From Phaeosaccion multiseriatum (Eukaryota > Protista > Ochrophyta, other classes): DNA of 64,000 nucleotides. Positions 1-13,804 of the stretch are shown here, in pieces (position 1 is the stretch's first letter; every line of letters starts with the position of its first letter). A program made the translations under genes and the position numbers. The stretch covers positions 3,038,001-3,102,000 of the forward strand of contig OZ218959.1 in the NCBI GenBank assembly GCA_965112735.1, given 5' to 3'. The notes below the pieces were generated by a model, which saw only the letters and a list, made by a program, of their open reading frames with translations, was not told where the DNA came from and made no database searches.

Positions 1-644
1 GTAGCAGGGGCAGACACACACACAAAAAAAGGAGGGGGGGGGGAAGGGGCGCTACTGGTCCATATTGGGTACTGTACTAAAAATACCCACTTTTAAAAAA
101 ATTGGGTACTAAAAATACCCACTTTCACCGAGTGGGGCATCTCGCCCCACCAAAACCGGTCATCAATAGATTATCGGGATGAACCCCTACTTTAAGTCGA
201 TTATGTCGATATTTAATTTCGCTCCGTCCTCAAACGTTACGCTCTTCCTCTAAAACCCTCATTTAGAGAGGTAAGCACACGCAGAGGAGACTGAGCGCAG
301 GTACGGTAAGCCCCCAGGTAGGAAGGAGAGTTGAAACTGATGTGGCAGGGAAGCGAGGATCCAATCTGGGCCAGAATCGCCCGACAAATGATCGGCGTTT
401 CCCGTCACTTCTGAAGAGGGGCCTGCTCTTTGCTCGCTCTTTGCTGTGTAGAGTGCACAGGATATGCCAGAGCACCGAGTCATTAGGGCCTACATGGAGG
501 AAGAGATAGAAGTCGATGCAGAAGATGCTCGCCGCCGGCCGTAGTAGAGCTGAGCTAGTGCTAAGATCCGAGGCTGATGCCCGCCTCCCCCTCCCCCGTC
601 TTCGCTATCAATCAACAGAAAGAGGAGTATTGAACTGCTTGTCC

Positions 645-1992
645 ATGTCGCAGCCCGTCGAAGCGGGCGCAGAAGGAGGCGACGCTTCTCCTCCAGCGTC
701 CCGGCGAGCCTCTCTGGCAGCGACTGAAGCAGCCAAGCTCCAGGGGAAGGAGAGCGCCTACAGAGCCACAGATGACGCCGCTACACCAGACTTTAAGCTC
801 GCGAGTAATCAGGAAAGCACCCCTGAGAATCTGAAGCTGTACCAGGCGACCAAGAAGTAAGTCGAGCAAAGTTGCTGTGGGTGGGCCATTCTTCTTGCTT
901 CTTGTGCTGAGGCTCTATGGACGATCATTCTGTTGCTGCCTGTGATGCAGGGGAGATCTAAAGACCGTAAAGAAGATGCTGGAGAGTGGAGCTAACCCCA
1001 ACTACTACAAGCATCCCGAGGACGGCTCCTCGGCGACGCACAAGGCGGCGGAGCTGGGCCATACCGAGATCCTCAAGGAGCTCATCGCCAAGGGAGGAGA
1101 GGTGCGTATGTACATCGTGTGCGTAGTGTGGCACTCTTGCAGCTTTTCCAGCTCTGTAAGGCCTCCATTTCTTTCTGTGTGTGTGTGTGCTGGGCTCGGC
1201 TGGAAGGAAAGGCTTGCATTCTCCTTCGATCCACCCTACCATGCTCCCGTCCTAACCGTCCTTGTCCTTGTTGTGCCGCTGTGCTTGCGCGACTTTCAAT
1301 CAAAATACGACTGTCCATATCATCAATCGCTGCCGCGAAAACACGCCAAACTCGCCATCCATCCGCTCTTTGGCTGTCCGCATGGGTGCGTACGTGGCCC
1401 AATCTGCTCATGTCCTCAGATCAACGACCGCCTCCTCACGCACCACAGCACGCCGCTCCACCTGGCGGCCTTCTCCTGCAACGAGGACACCGTGGCCTTC
1501 ATCCTCGACAACGGCGGCGAGGTCAACACCGGTAACGCCTTTGGCAACTCGCCCCTCCACTCGGCTCTCATGGGCGGCAACATTAACATCGTCCACCTCT
1601 TGCTCAAGCGAGGCGCTGATGTCACGTGGGCCAACAACAAAAAGAGCGACGCCGTCCACTTCGTGTGCTACTCACATTTGACAGAGGAGGAGCAGTGCAC
1701 CTTGCTCAAGGAGCTCGTGGAACAGCACTCGGCCAATCCTTCCACGGTAGATGAGGACGGACTTACGGTTGTCCACATTGCCGCCAAGTTCAACAAGCTC
1801 GTCCTCCTGCAGACCTCTTTGGACTTGGGAGTGGATCCGACCCTCAAGGATGCCAAGGGACACACCGCGGCGTTCCACGCCAAGGTCAACGACAACTCGG
1901 AAGCCTACAAGCTGCTCGGGGGCCTGGAGACACCGAGGGAGGAGGCCGCCACCGATGTATCACCAACTGCTGCGGCGGAGGAGGGGGGTTAG
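645..1992 (+). CDS. Ankyrin-repeat protein (3 exons: 645-856, 951-1101, 1420-1992)
   Basis: GT-AG splicing gives in-frame ...LYQATKKGDLKTVKKMLESGANPN...; ankyrin motifs TPLHLAA, GNSPLHSALMGG, GLTVVHIAAK, GHTAAFHA. Confidence 0.9.
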
Positions 1993-2380
1993 GCAGACCA
2001 CCACGGAGACAGCGACTTCGTGACGCTTCAGGTTGGAAGAGGAGAGAAGGGGGTGAGGCGAGCGAGTCAGTGAGGGAGGGAGTGGGATAGACGGGGGCGG
2101 GTCTTGGGTGGTCCACTCTGGGCTGGCTGGCATTGGCTGGGGTATCCAGAGAAGAAGGAGGACAAGGAGGGGAAAAGGGAGGGCTGAGTGGTGAAAATAG
2201 AGGAGACAAGGAAGGGGGGAGAGGGGGGGAGGGGGCTGTTTGACCTTCGCGATGCAGATCGAGCGGTGTGGCACCACCCCCTCAGTCAGCAGCAGGGCGC
2301 ACGACGCATGCTAAGCTCCCATAAAGGAATGCAGTAAAGAACAACGCCGGGATTATGATGGCCCGGCAAAGAGAGGTGGC

Positions 2381-2412
<32 letters not shown>

Positions 2413-3130
2413 AGAGAGAGACGAAATCGCCCACGGTAGAGCAGTGCTCTTGTGGCAGGAGCAACAGAAGGAGTTCTCTGCTCAAAGCACCCTGCTTGTT
2501 TTCTTGTTCTTCTTGTAAGTATTACATTGGGCAAATCTCTATTGTGAATGACTCTCGTCAAACACCGCTACTCCCTGCCGCTGCCCGCTGCTGGTCCAGG
2601 GTTTGACCAGCCACAGCAACACCACCACCACCACCACCACCCCGCAATGAGAGAAAACGGGATGCGTGTGTGCCTCAGGAGCTGCGCAGAGCCAGACGTG
2701 TGTCGTGCTCTTTGTGTGCGTATCTCTCTACACACTCTACACACACGTACGTACGTACGCACGTACGCACACACACACACACACACACTCGACACACACA
2801 CAGGCACACAAACACATACACATAAAACACACACACCCGACATACTCGTATGCGTCTGTGGCGCGAAATAATCCCCTCCTTTGCGTGCTTTGCTTGCCTT
2901 GACGATGACAGTCATTTGTCACAAGTCCACAGACTGCTTGGGCTGCTCGGCCACCCTTCTCTTCTCTTCCCCTTCCACTGTTTATGAAAGAAGGGAGGGA
3001 CGGGAAGGGGTTTGGTGCCGCGTAGGCCAAAACGAGCGGCCTTCCCTTCTGACACACAATCACAGATTGATGATGCTCGACACATTGACGCACCTCCCCT
3101 CAGCTCTTGACAGATTTGATGCACCTCCCC

Positions 3131-4411
3131 TCAGCTGGGGATGCAGCACACGGGGTCAACTTCGTACTTCGGTCCTCCCTTGTGTGTAGCGGAGCTCGGT
3201 CTGAGCTGCAGCCGCTTCTCCGCCTGCTGCAGCTGCTTCTCCAAGGCCAAGCGTCGCAGTCGCTCCTCCCTCAGATACGCCTTTAGCCGCGATACCTCGT
3301 CCTCCTCTTCCGGCGCTTCTGATCCACCCCCCACCACCCCCGCCTCTGCTGCTGCCACCGAATCCAGTGTGGGTGTTACTATTGTCGTTGCCTCCTGGCC
3401 ATCACTGTAGGGAGCTCTGCGGTCCGGTGTTGCCCTGGCCTGAGCAGGCTGCTTCTTCGGCTTCGTAGGCGTTAGTGCCACGATCTCGTCTTGCAGCTCC
3501 TGGACAGACAACAATAGCAGGAAAAGGAAGAGTGCACAGAAGGTCAGGTCGGTGCTCCGCGCAGCACATATGCGGTGTGTGTGTGCGTGTGTGTGTGTGG
3601 TGTGTGTGTGTAAGGGAGAGGGGGGGGGGGGGAGGTGAAAGCGGGTGTGCTACCCACCCAAGTACAGCAATTACACCATGCCGTCGCGCCCACCGCAGAG
3701 AGAGGTAAGGCAGCACATGTGCACAGACTTACACACTCGCACAGAGAGAAGGCAGTCCATGTACACAATGCCCGTAGTTGATAAGCACCGTTCTCACCTG
3801 GACCTGCTGCCTCGCCCTCTCTGCGAGCGTCTGCGCGTCCTGCAAGTCCGTCTCTGTGAGGGTCTTGATTTCCAGGGTCTCGTCCAGCTGTTGCCGGAGC
3901 TGCTCGGTCTCGGCGATGGCCCGTCGCTCTCGCTCGGACGATTGGTCTGTCTGGTCCTCGAGCTCTTGCAGCTTCCCTTGAAGCCCGGACAGCCTTTGGG
4001 TGCTCAGCTGCAGCTCCTCCTCCTTCGCCGCGAGCTGGGGGGAGATCAGGAGGAAGGAGGGGAGTGTGTGTGTGTGTGAGTGCAGAGAAAGGTGAAAGGA
4101 GAGGTGAAGATCGCCTTCGAGCCTTCCGCCCACCTACAGCTCCTCCTTTGCTCACACGTCTCTCTCTTTCCAACTCATGTGTACGCCGTACTGACCTGTT
4201 TGGAGTTCGCTGCTTGCTTCTCCAGCAGCGCTTCCAACGCCAACACCTTGCGCTCCGCCCTGTCCGCCCGGCTGTCCGCCTCTTTCAAGCTCTTCTCTAA
4301 TTCCTCCTCCACTTCTCTGCTCGTCACCGAGAAAGTGTCCAGCTCCTCCCGGAGGCTCTCGACGGTCTGCTCCAGAAGCTCGCGCTGCGACTCTTCTTCT
4401 CCTTCCTGCAT
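3131..4411 (-). CDS. nudE: NudE/NDE1-like coiled-coil dynein regulator (exons ~4411-4196, 4035-3798, 3500-3131)
   Basis: ELDTFSVTSREVEEELEKSL resembles the NudE N-terminus (EFQEGSRELEAELE); LQELEDQTDQSSERERRAIAETEQLRQQLDETLE resembles RELEQANDDLERAKRAT..EQRLNQAIE. Confidence 0.7.
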
Positions 4412-5207
4412 AGCTGCCTCTCTGCTGCCGTCGCTACTCTGGAAAGTGGACGGAATCGAGGAAAGGGGAGGGGGGGTCTGACAGAAAACCCCGACTTGCC
4501 ACGGCGAGGGAACAACCACACCCAAATTGACTTCTCGCTCTCCTCCTCTACAGTGTCAAGTATCCTCCTTTCCGCGCTCTACGTATGGTATTGAGGTGCA
4601 CGAAGAGAGAGATGTCGTGGCCCGAATTGCGTTCAAAACGGTGCCCTTGGCGCTTCCTTTCCCATTGACATACTAAGTACTTGGATTCGGCGTCGACCTG
4701 GACAAAAAGCAGCAGGCCGGCTGGCGCCGGCCAGAAGCAGGAAGCAGGGTCGCCTCAGAAGCATGTCAGGGGCCGAATACGGTGTGCGCCGGCCGTAATC
4801 AGTAATCAGACCCCAAGGAACCAGGCCGGCTGGCGCCACAATCAGTAATCAGGCCGGCTGCGTCGGCCGTAACCTGATTACGGCCGGCGCAATCAGTAAT
4901 CAGATAATCTTGTCCAGGGCCGATCGGCGGGGGGGCGACTTGCCAACAGTTGAAGGATCCTTGAAGAGGGGGGGGGGGGAATGATGATTGGGGATTACTT
5001 TACTCTTCCCCACTGCACATAGGGCAGGTTCCCTTCTCTGCCCATCTACCGGTGCCCACTACTTTTTGCCTCTGCCCCCCCCCCCCTCCCTCCCCTTCCC
5101 CCCTCCACAGAACGGGCCCAGGCCCTCCTTATCATGTGCTGTGGTGATGCCGTGTCACCAACATGCGCCTGCCCTTGCCTTTGCCTTTGCTGCCTTTGCC
5201 TCTGCCT

Positions 5208-6874
5208 TCATCTTGCTCCGTCGACAGACTTTCTCCCTCCTTTCCGTTTCGCTCGGGCTGCCGACCCATCCACACCGTTCCCACCGCCGCCGCTACCGCC
5301 GCTGTAGCTCTCCCCGTCCGCTGATCGATTCGCCCGATGATACACTGACGTGAAGTGCACTTTGAAGCCGTATATCCTCGGGATGTAGGACTGAGATGGG
5401 CGGGAGGGAATGATGTCTGCGTGTGTGAGGAGGAAGAGGTGGGGGAAAGTGGTTCCAAAGTAGGCCCCGTCCACATTGGCCTGCCGAGTGCTCTTGGGGT
5501 GGTAAATGTCTTGGCATTTCGGGCAATATACCGCCACCTGAGTGGGGACACATGCCAAGGAAGCAAGAGAGACAGCAGAGCAGAGCAGGGCAGGGCAGGA
5601 CAGAGGAGAGGAGAGAAGAGGAGAGGAGCGAAGAGGAGAGAAGAGGAGAGGAGAGGAGGAGGAGAAGGAGGAGGAGGAGGAGGAGGAGGAGGAGGAGGAG
5701 GAGGAGGAGGAGGAGGAGGAGGAGGAGGAGGAGAGGAGAGGAGAGGAGGAGAGCAGAGCAGGTACGGAAGGAGGAGCGAGCAGGACACGAGATTCGAGGG
5801 AGAAGGACGGTTTCACGGTCAGTGTAGAAACATGGGGAGCAGAGTGAGGAAAGGAGTACACCCCCCCCCCCTTTCCGAGCAAAGAGCCACAGGGCAGAGC
5901 AGAGCAGAATAGAGTAGACGGCGGGGGGGCACAGAAGTGCTGCCATTGACTGCCATTGGTCACACATCACTCACCGTGCAGTTCCTGGGTACGTCGGAAA
6001 GGCCCACCGGAAGCACACACTGCCCCTGACAATACACGCGAGGGCACCTCCCGAAGGAGCCTGTTCGGTACTTCTCGTGCTGAGCAAACCAGGGCAGAGA
6101 GAGGGAGAGAGAAGAGAGAGATAAAGAGAGAGATAAAGAGAGGGAGGGAAAGAGGGAGGGAGAGAGAGAGAGGGAGACGATAGGTCGTATGAGGACAGAG
6201 CGGAAGGGGGAAGGGGGAGACGGGGGGGTGAGAGGAGAGATATGAAAGTGGGAGTGAGTGAGGGAGGGAGGGAGGGAGAGAGGGAGACGAGAGAGAGAGA
6301 GACGATAGAGAGAGGGAGACGATGGGTCGTACGAGGACAGAGAGGAAGGGGGAGGGGAGAGACGGAGGGGTGAGTTGAGAGAGAAAGAGAAGGGAGAGAG
6401 ATGAGAGAGAGGGAGAGATAAGAGTGAGAGAGAGAGGAAGGGGGAGAGCGAGACAGAGAGAGACACACAAAAGAGAGAAGAGGCAGAGGGAGAGGCAGAG
6501 AGAGCTGCCTCTATGAGCCACCCACCCACGCCACTCGTCTGACGCGAAGAAGCGGAAACATGCCGTGTGACACGCACTCACTCACGCACTCACCATCCCT
6601 TGCATGCCCCTGCTGGTGAGGATGTACCTCGCGTGGATCAAACCGTACAGCATCTCTGCGGCACTCTCCACCACGTCTTGCTGCTCCTCGCTGAGGCTGG
6701 GACAATGCGAGACGGTACAGGCAGCGTAAGGTTTTGGTCACAGTTTGGTGATAGAGCAGTAGTAGCAGTTGGTGATCCAACAGCAGTAGCAAGCAGTTGG
6801 TGATACAGCAATAGCTAGCAGTTGGTGACACAGCAGTAGCAGCCCCAAATGGATAGGAATACACTACAAGCACC

Positions 6875-6917
<43 letters not shown>

Positions 6918-7328
6918 CTGCTCCACGGGCATCTCGACATCAAGGATCATGTCCAGCGCATAGTCATAGAAGGGTACCATCGTGGACAAGCCCGTGAGGT
7001 TGAAGTCGTCATTAATGTAGTCCTCCTGCAAGAGAAAGGGGGGTAAGGGTGGGAGGGGGAGAGAGGGGCACATGGGTGTGCATGGGTGGCTGGGGTCAGG
7101 AACTGGGTTGAGGCTATCCCGTCTTGAGTGACATACTGCGATGACTTTGGGAGGAGTGACACACTTTGCATGGAAGCAAACAGTCCACCCGCCACTCCCT
7201 CCCGCACACACACAACAGGACCCAAAGGGGGGGGGCGTGGGGCGCAGGAGGAGCTTTGGGCCTGCTTTTGCACCCCTCCCCCTTCACACAAAACCACCAC
7301 CACCACCACCACCACCACCAATAACAGC

Positions 7329-7369
<41 letters not shown>

Positions 7370-8088
7370 AAGAGCAACCGCAACACTTCTCCACTCTCCC
7401 GCCTTGGCTCCTCACCTCGACTTCACAAAAGTATTCGTTGCCCCTGAGACTGACAAACCAGGATATCCAGGAGCTGTCTTCGTCAGAAGCCGATAATTCA
7501 CTGCTCAGACAGGACAGGGCAGTCATTGTGAAGGTTAGGGGCAGGGACAGAGGGTATTTCGCCAGTAGAGAGAGAGGAGAGAGGGAGAAAGACAGAGAGA
7601 CGGAGAGAGACACTTGCGCTACATAGGGGCCACCGTGGTGCCATACGATGGGTCACACGATGAGCAGAGGGAGTGTTGACACCACTTCCCACTATTCCAA
7701 CTCAACCCAACCAGCTAAAATAACCAACCGAACTAACCCAGCAAATCTAATACACACACACAGACACGCACCTGCTGTCTTCTAGCTCTGCGCTGGCTGT
7801 TCCTCTGTCGTCGCTCTCCTCCGGCTCCTCCTCCTCCTCAACATCGCCTCCTCCCTTCGTCACCCCTTCGTCCTTGGCTGCCCCTATCGTGGTGACTGAA
7901 ACTGTCTCGGAGTTCAGCGACGCTGCTGACGACGTCTGCTCCCCCTTTCCCCCTAATCCACGCCCCTCTTCCCCGGCCTTTGCGTCGCCTTGCCCCCCCC
8001 TCGTGGACACCGACCTGTCCCGTGAGATGTTCATGTCTCGCGCTTGCATCTCGAGCTCTTCTACTACTGCGTCACCACGCTCCTCCAT
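5208..8088 (-). CDS. CSNK2B: Casein kinase II regulatory (beta) subunit, ~6 exons, acidic N-terminal extension
   Basis: [19 protein letters not shown]; [13 protein letters not shown]; [16 protein letters not shown]; [21 protein letters not shown]; [11 protein letters not shown]; [13 protein letters not shown]; YIPRIYGFK. Confidence 0.95.
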
Positions 8089-9312
8089 CTGGTAGGCAGC
8101 AAGCAGAGTCGCCTGTGACGCCTTTTTCCTCCTCCCACCACGCTCCACGCTGCGCGGTGATCACACCGCAAACCCCGCCCCCTCCTCTCCCTCCAGACGA
8201 GTTTGGAAGACCCTTCACTGTACTCCTCCGGTCCTCATCCCTCCACAGGCTTTGAGAGTGGCGGCTGCTTCTTCGGTTCCTTGCACTTCCTTCAGGCCAC
8301 TGACGAGAGAAGGTGGGGGGGTGGGAGCGAGCGGGTGTGGCGGACGGTTTGAACAAGGTGAGGCGGATAGGAAAGGTGCGAATAGCTTAAGTGGGTCGAG
8401 GAGAAGAAGGAGGTGGAGAGATAGGGAGTGGAAGAGGGAGAGTATCGGGACAGTCCAGGGAAAGCTCGGGGCAGAGCAGAGCCGGAGAAAAGTGAAGAGC
8501 CGCTTGCAGAGGTGCACGGAGAGAATATGGGGAAGAAATTGACAAGAAAGGCATTTGCCACACCCACGCTTCTTTTGCTCATACGAGAGATTTCTCTCAC
8601 CCGTGATCGCCTTCAACTTCTCTCGCGGTCGTTGTTTCCTTAATTGTGCTTGTTGTTTTTTCTCTTTCCTCTCCTCCCACCCGCCCTGTTTTAAAGCAAT
8701 GTCGACCTCATCGACTTTTTGTCTAGAGCTGACTTTCTCTAAGATGCCAGCCGGCGCGCTCGGCCGATAGCGCGCTATCGAGAAAGTGGGCGATAGCGTG
8801 TCAGGGGTCGACTAAGAAGGGGGATAGCGAAGCCGTACGGGGGCCCTCGGCCTATGTATGTGCCGCCGCCTAGGGCAGACGCCAACAACTAGGCGGACGG
8901 TGGGAGTGCCCAGAGTGCAAAGAGTAGTCAGTTTTAAGCAAATGTATTGCATGGGAAGTGTTGTCTCTTTCCGCCTCGCTGGCCCCACGAGGAGTGCAGG
9001 CCTACAGGTGTGCTGCTACCCACTGGCTGGGCGGCACCACGCACGCGCCCACGGTCACTGGCTGGGAGGCTGCCTAGAGGCGGGCTGTATAGGCCGCCTA
9101 GGACTGAAACGTGAGCGGCCTAGAGCGGCCTAGCGGCCTAGAGCAAAACCGCTAGGCGTGCATGGGGCTGATCTGATCTTTTTTCTTTCGAGGGCTGATG
9201 ATGTAGAACAAGCTTCGACAAGCTCAGCAAGCGGGCTCAGTCGCTCGTTTGAGGTGCAAACTGTCAAACGGTCCAATCCAATCCTCTATATCCCGTCCGC
9301 TCAGCCTACAGC

Positions 9313-10995
9313 TCAGCCGAGCATCCTGGCTCCGATGCCGAGCTTGCCCAGCACAATGTGGATGGCCTTGTCGAGCACACCCGACAGAGAAAACGCCCCC
9401 CCAGCCACCGCACACAGGCGGATCAGGAGGTGGGAGATGGGGGCGCGGGAGTGCGGCGTCACCTCAATGAGGAAGGGGGACAAGTCGTACACGAAGAACA
9501 CGCCTGCAGTGTAGCCGCAGTGTAGCCGCCGTGTAGCAGTATGTGTGGAGGACATGTGCGTAGGCGGGAAGGGGGGGAGGGGGGGAGGGGGGGAGGGGGA
9601 GAGGAAGAGAGGGAGGGAGGGAGGGAGGGAGGGAGGGTGAGGGATGGAGGGGAGGGTGAGGGATGGAGGGGAGGATGAGGGAGGGAGGGGAGGGAGAGAG
9701 AGGGGGAGAGGGCAAAGGTCAGAGGACGCATGGGGAAGGGAACTTTGCTTGAGGGCCGAAACTCTTCCGTAGAGGGACAGAGAAGGTATGATTCCCCCGC
9801 AGAGGGACAGAGGGGGTATGAGACCATCAGTGCTGAGCCCGCCTCTGCTTTGTCTTTGTCCTACCAATACATGAGGCAAGGGAAACGGCAGTCTCTGCGT
9901 ACTTTCATGCTCTCCCTCTCCATCTGTCTCTTTCTATCTCTCTCCCTCCCCTCTCCCTTCGTTCTCTCTTACACACACACATACACACACACACACACCT
10001 GGCAAGATGGCCATGGGCTCTTTCGAGTCACCCTTGTGCTCCCCATGTGCATGGTGGTGCTTCTTTGTGTCGAGATGCTTCTGCTTCCTCAAGGCCTTCG
10101 CCTCCTCCCCCTCCTCCGAGTCCTCCGAGTCCTCGTCAGTGTCGTCGTCGTCGGCATCTGCTCCTCCGGTCCAGTCAGAGCCGCCGAAGAGACCCGTGAA
10201 CTTGCTTGTGTAGCTAAATTGGTTCGTCTCGTGGTCGGGCACGTCTGGGAGGGAGGGAGGGAGGGAGGGAGGGACGGGGGGAGAGGAGAGAGAGAGGGAG
10301 AGAGAATGAGAGAGAGAGGGAGACGGAGAGAGAGAGAGAGAGAGAGAGGGAGAGCGAGAGGGAGAAAGATATGTGAGAATGGTGGAGAGAGTTTTGGACG
10401 CGCTTGTCAGCTTTGTGGGGGGTGTCAGGACGGGTGTGTGTGTGTCGGTGGGTGTCAGAACAGGGTGGGTGGAGGGAGGGCTACAAAGGACCAGCAGGTG
10501 CCCTGACTCGGAAGCTTTAACAGCGCAAACTGACGGACTGATGGACTGCCTTATAAAGACTGCCCATCAATATACCTGCCTACCTGCCTCTCTCTACCTC
10601 TCTCCTTCTTTCTCCCTCCCTCCCTCCCTCCCTCCCTCACCTTTGTCGCCCCCTGTCATGAAGACTGTGGGCACAATAGAGAGATAGTACTGAAACAAGC
10701 CGCTCTTGACGCTCTTATGCACCATCTTCGACACCCCGTCAAGAGGGTCCGCTGCCATGCCTGGGTAGGGTTGGCCGAAGCTTAGGCGGTGAATCGTGTG
10801 ACTCACATCGAAGTTCGGTGCGCTAGGAAGGGGGAGGGGAAGGGGACGGGGGAGGAGGAGGAGGAGGAGGAGGAGGAGGAGGAGGAGGAGGAGGAGGAGG
10901 AGGAGGAGAAGGAGAAGGGGGGGTGAGACTAAGGGCAACGGAAGGGGGCGACGAATAAGGCGTAAGGGGGCATCCCTGTTCCATTTGCTTGCCCA

Positions 10996-11029
<34 letters not shown>

Positions 11030-11762
11030 GTATTGGGTACTCACTCTGCTGGGTTGAAGATGTGAATGTGCCTGCCCTCCCGCATGATGCCCTCTCCGAT
11101 CGCCATGTGAAAGTTGCCAGGAACCTTGTTCACGGACATGAAGCCCGTGATACGACACCCTTCCCCTGCCTCCGGCTGCTGCCGCTCCTTGTGGCACTGC
11201 TCTGCGGTGTTTTCAATCCCTTGCACCGCCCAGCCTGTTTGGTTCGTCAATAAAAAGCGAAGCAAAACAACGGGGGAGGGAGAGAGAGGGGGGGGGGGGG
11301 GGTGAATCGATGAATCGATCCATCACAATCGCGATCAATCAGTTTCGAGTAGAGAAGGGGACACCGGGCCGTGCGAGTGAGTAACGAGAGGCCTCCTCCT
11401 CCTCCAGAGTCGGCACCAACAGTCACCCAATTCCAGGCCCATCTCACTCTCCATTTTCATCCCTTTCTCTCTCCCTCTTTCTCTCAGTCACTCTCCCTCT
11501 CTCTCTCCCACTGACTTACCCGCCCTTCCATATGAGGCCAGCAGCTCGTCGCAAGTGTTACAGCAATGGTTGCCGTCCGCCTGCAAGTTCTTCTCGTCCT
11601 CTGCTCCATAGCAGGGACCGCAGTACCCGTCTGGCACTTTGCTTGAGTGCTCCACCACACTCACCACCTCCACCAAGGGAGCCCCTATACTTACTCTGGA
11701 GGGCCCGAGAGAAGAGAGAGAGAGAGGGAGAGAGAGGGGGGGGGAGAGGGAGAGGGAGATAA

Positions 11763-11794
<32 letters not shown>

Positions 11795-12590
11795 CGAGGG
11801 AGAGAGAGAGAAGAGAGAGAGAGAGGGAGAGAGGGAGAGAGAGAGAGAGCGAGGGAGAGAGAGAGAGAGAGAGCGCGCGAGGGAGAGAGAGAGACGGAGA
11901 GAGAGAAACGGAGAGAGAGAGACAGAGAGAGACAGAGAGAGAAAAGTTGTGTGTTTGTGTGTGTGTTGAGGGGAGGAAGAAGGGCAAGGGGGGCGGGAGT
12001 CTTTTAAGAAGATAGACAGACAGATAGACAGACAAGACAGATAGACACTCTCCTCCCTCCTCCTCTAACTCTACTCGTCTCCTCCCCCACTCTTCCCTAC
12101 TCCACAACTCCCCACCTCTACCAATTTGGACAGAACTTCCCTCCCTCCCTCCCTCCCCTCCCTCTCTCCCTCCCTCCCTCCCTCCCTCCCTCTCCTCCCT
12201 CCCTCCCTCCCTCCCTCCCTCCCTCCCTGCCTCTCTCTCTCCTCCCTTCCTCCCTCCCTCCACTCCACTCCCTCCCTCCACTCCACTCCCCCCCTCCACC
12301 CCCTCCCCCTCTCCACCCCCTCCCCCTCTCCACCCTCTCCCTCCCCTCCCCCCCTCCCTCACTTACCCGTCCTTTGTGAGGCGATGCTTGAGGAAGTTGG
12401 TGTCGAGGTCTATTTGGTTCTCTCCTGCCACATCCATGGCATCGACGTGCAGGTCCACACAGGGCAAGTGGTGGAAGGTCATGTCGACGTTAAGGCGCAT
12501 ACGCTGCGTGTCGGAAGTATCCACCACAAGGTGCTGTTGTGCGGGGTTACGGTTACACACGCACACACAAAGAGAGAGGGACAGACGCAC

Positions 12591-12623
<33 letters not shown>

Positions 12624-13325
12624 CCACACAGAGGCGCAGACGCATACACAATACACGCACACGCACGCGCATATACGCACACATGCGCACACGTACACAC
12701 AACAGTGGATGGGGGATGGGCGGTGGAGGCAGAGGAGTACATAGTTTTTAGGGTCAGTTCAGATCAGTGCTGGCCAGGTCCGGGAGCAGGGGAGGCGACA
12801 AGCAAGGGGCTGCGTGTGTACCCGATAGGGCTATGCCCCGTCGCTCCAGCCAACCTTCTCTTACCTCTACAGCAGCTCCTGTGGCCAAGTAGGTTCGGAC
12901 TTCTGATACAATTAACATCAGTAAGACTACCCACACCACCACCGTCAGAGAGGCGCCGGCGTCGGTCCGCACTCTCAAATCGTCCTCTACTCGTGCATAC
13001 GCGTCTAGCCGCTTCAGCTTCCTGAGAAGAGCAACGTGGGGGGATATGGAGGTGTGAGAAGAGCAAAGTAGCGAGGAATGGAGAAGAGGATTCTCTTCTT
13101 GTTCGCTGGCCTGGCCAGAGAAGAGTTGCCGGGACAATAATGATGCAGGCAGATGCAGTCCGATATTGGAGGTGGCTCTCTTCGATGGTGCTATGGCATC
13201 TTTGACTCGGGGAGGGACGGGGGGTCAAGCTAGGCGTCCTCAAGCACCTACCCTAGGAAGGATTCCTCAGCGTTTTTGGGACTTTTCCCATTCGACGACG
13301 GCTCGAGACCTTGTCTTCTCCGCAT
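9313..13325 (-). CDS. ERGIC3: ER-Golgi intermediate compartment protein (ERGIC3/Erv46 family), multi-exon
   Basis: Spliced start MRRRQGLE...SFLGKLKRLDAYARVEDDLRVRTDAGA plus TM; LHVDAMDVAGE; YCGPCYGAE..CCNTCDEL; EGCRITGFMSVNKVPGNFH; SHTIHRLSFG; FQYYLSIVPT; PGVFFVYDLSP..LCAVAGG. Confidence 0.93.
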
Positions 13326-13804
13326 GGTAGAAAGCGAATAAGCGCTGCAGTTACGCTCCCCTCCTCCTGCTGTGGTTCGACCCTTGCTCCTGGCGCTGCT
13401 AAGCCGCTGTGGAGCTGCACCTGGTGGTGCTTCCTCGAGAGGGAGACAAAACCTCTTCCCCTCCCCTCTCTCTCGCTCGAGGGGTAAGAGTTCCCCGATC
13501 GACGAAGACTCTCAAAGGCAGTAAGCGATCTGGTAGCACTATGACGTTCCGCTCGGCTTTGTCGTTTGTTCGTCGATGTCCATCTGCCGCGCGCCGCAAC
13601 AGTTGTCGGGCCGCCATCCACTGCCATCCTCCCCTCCCCTAATTTTTTTCTTTCTCTTCTCTCTTCCTCTTCCTCTACTCCTGCTGAATGATTTGATTGA
13701 GGATCCCCTTGTCTGAGGGAGAAGTAGCAGTGGACCGGCGGACTGTGCGATGACTTTCCTCTGTCGAGAGTGACTGTGTTGTGAATCCCACTTCGGCTCA
13801 CGCC

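Noticed and set aside
6165-6370. ~60-bp direct duplication in a CK2 beta intron as a mobile element
   Set aside because: Short local duplication inside a GA-rich tract with no element hallmarks
8215-8770. Small ORFs upstream of CK2 beta
   Set aside because: No recognisable motif or consistent splice model; more likely UTR or promoter
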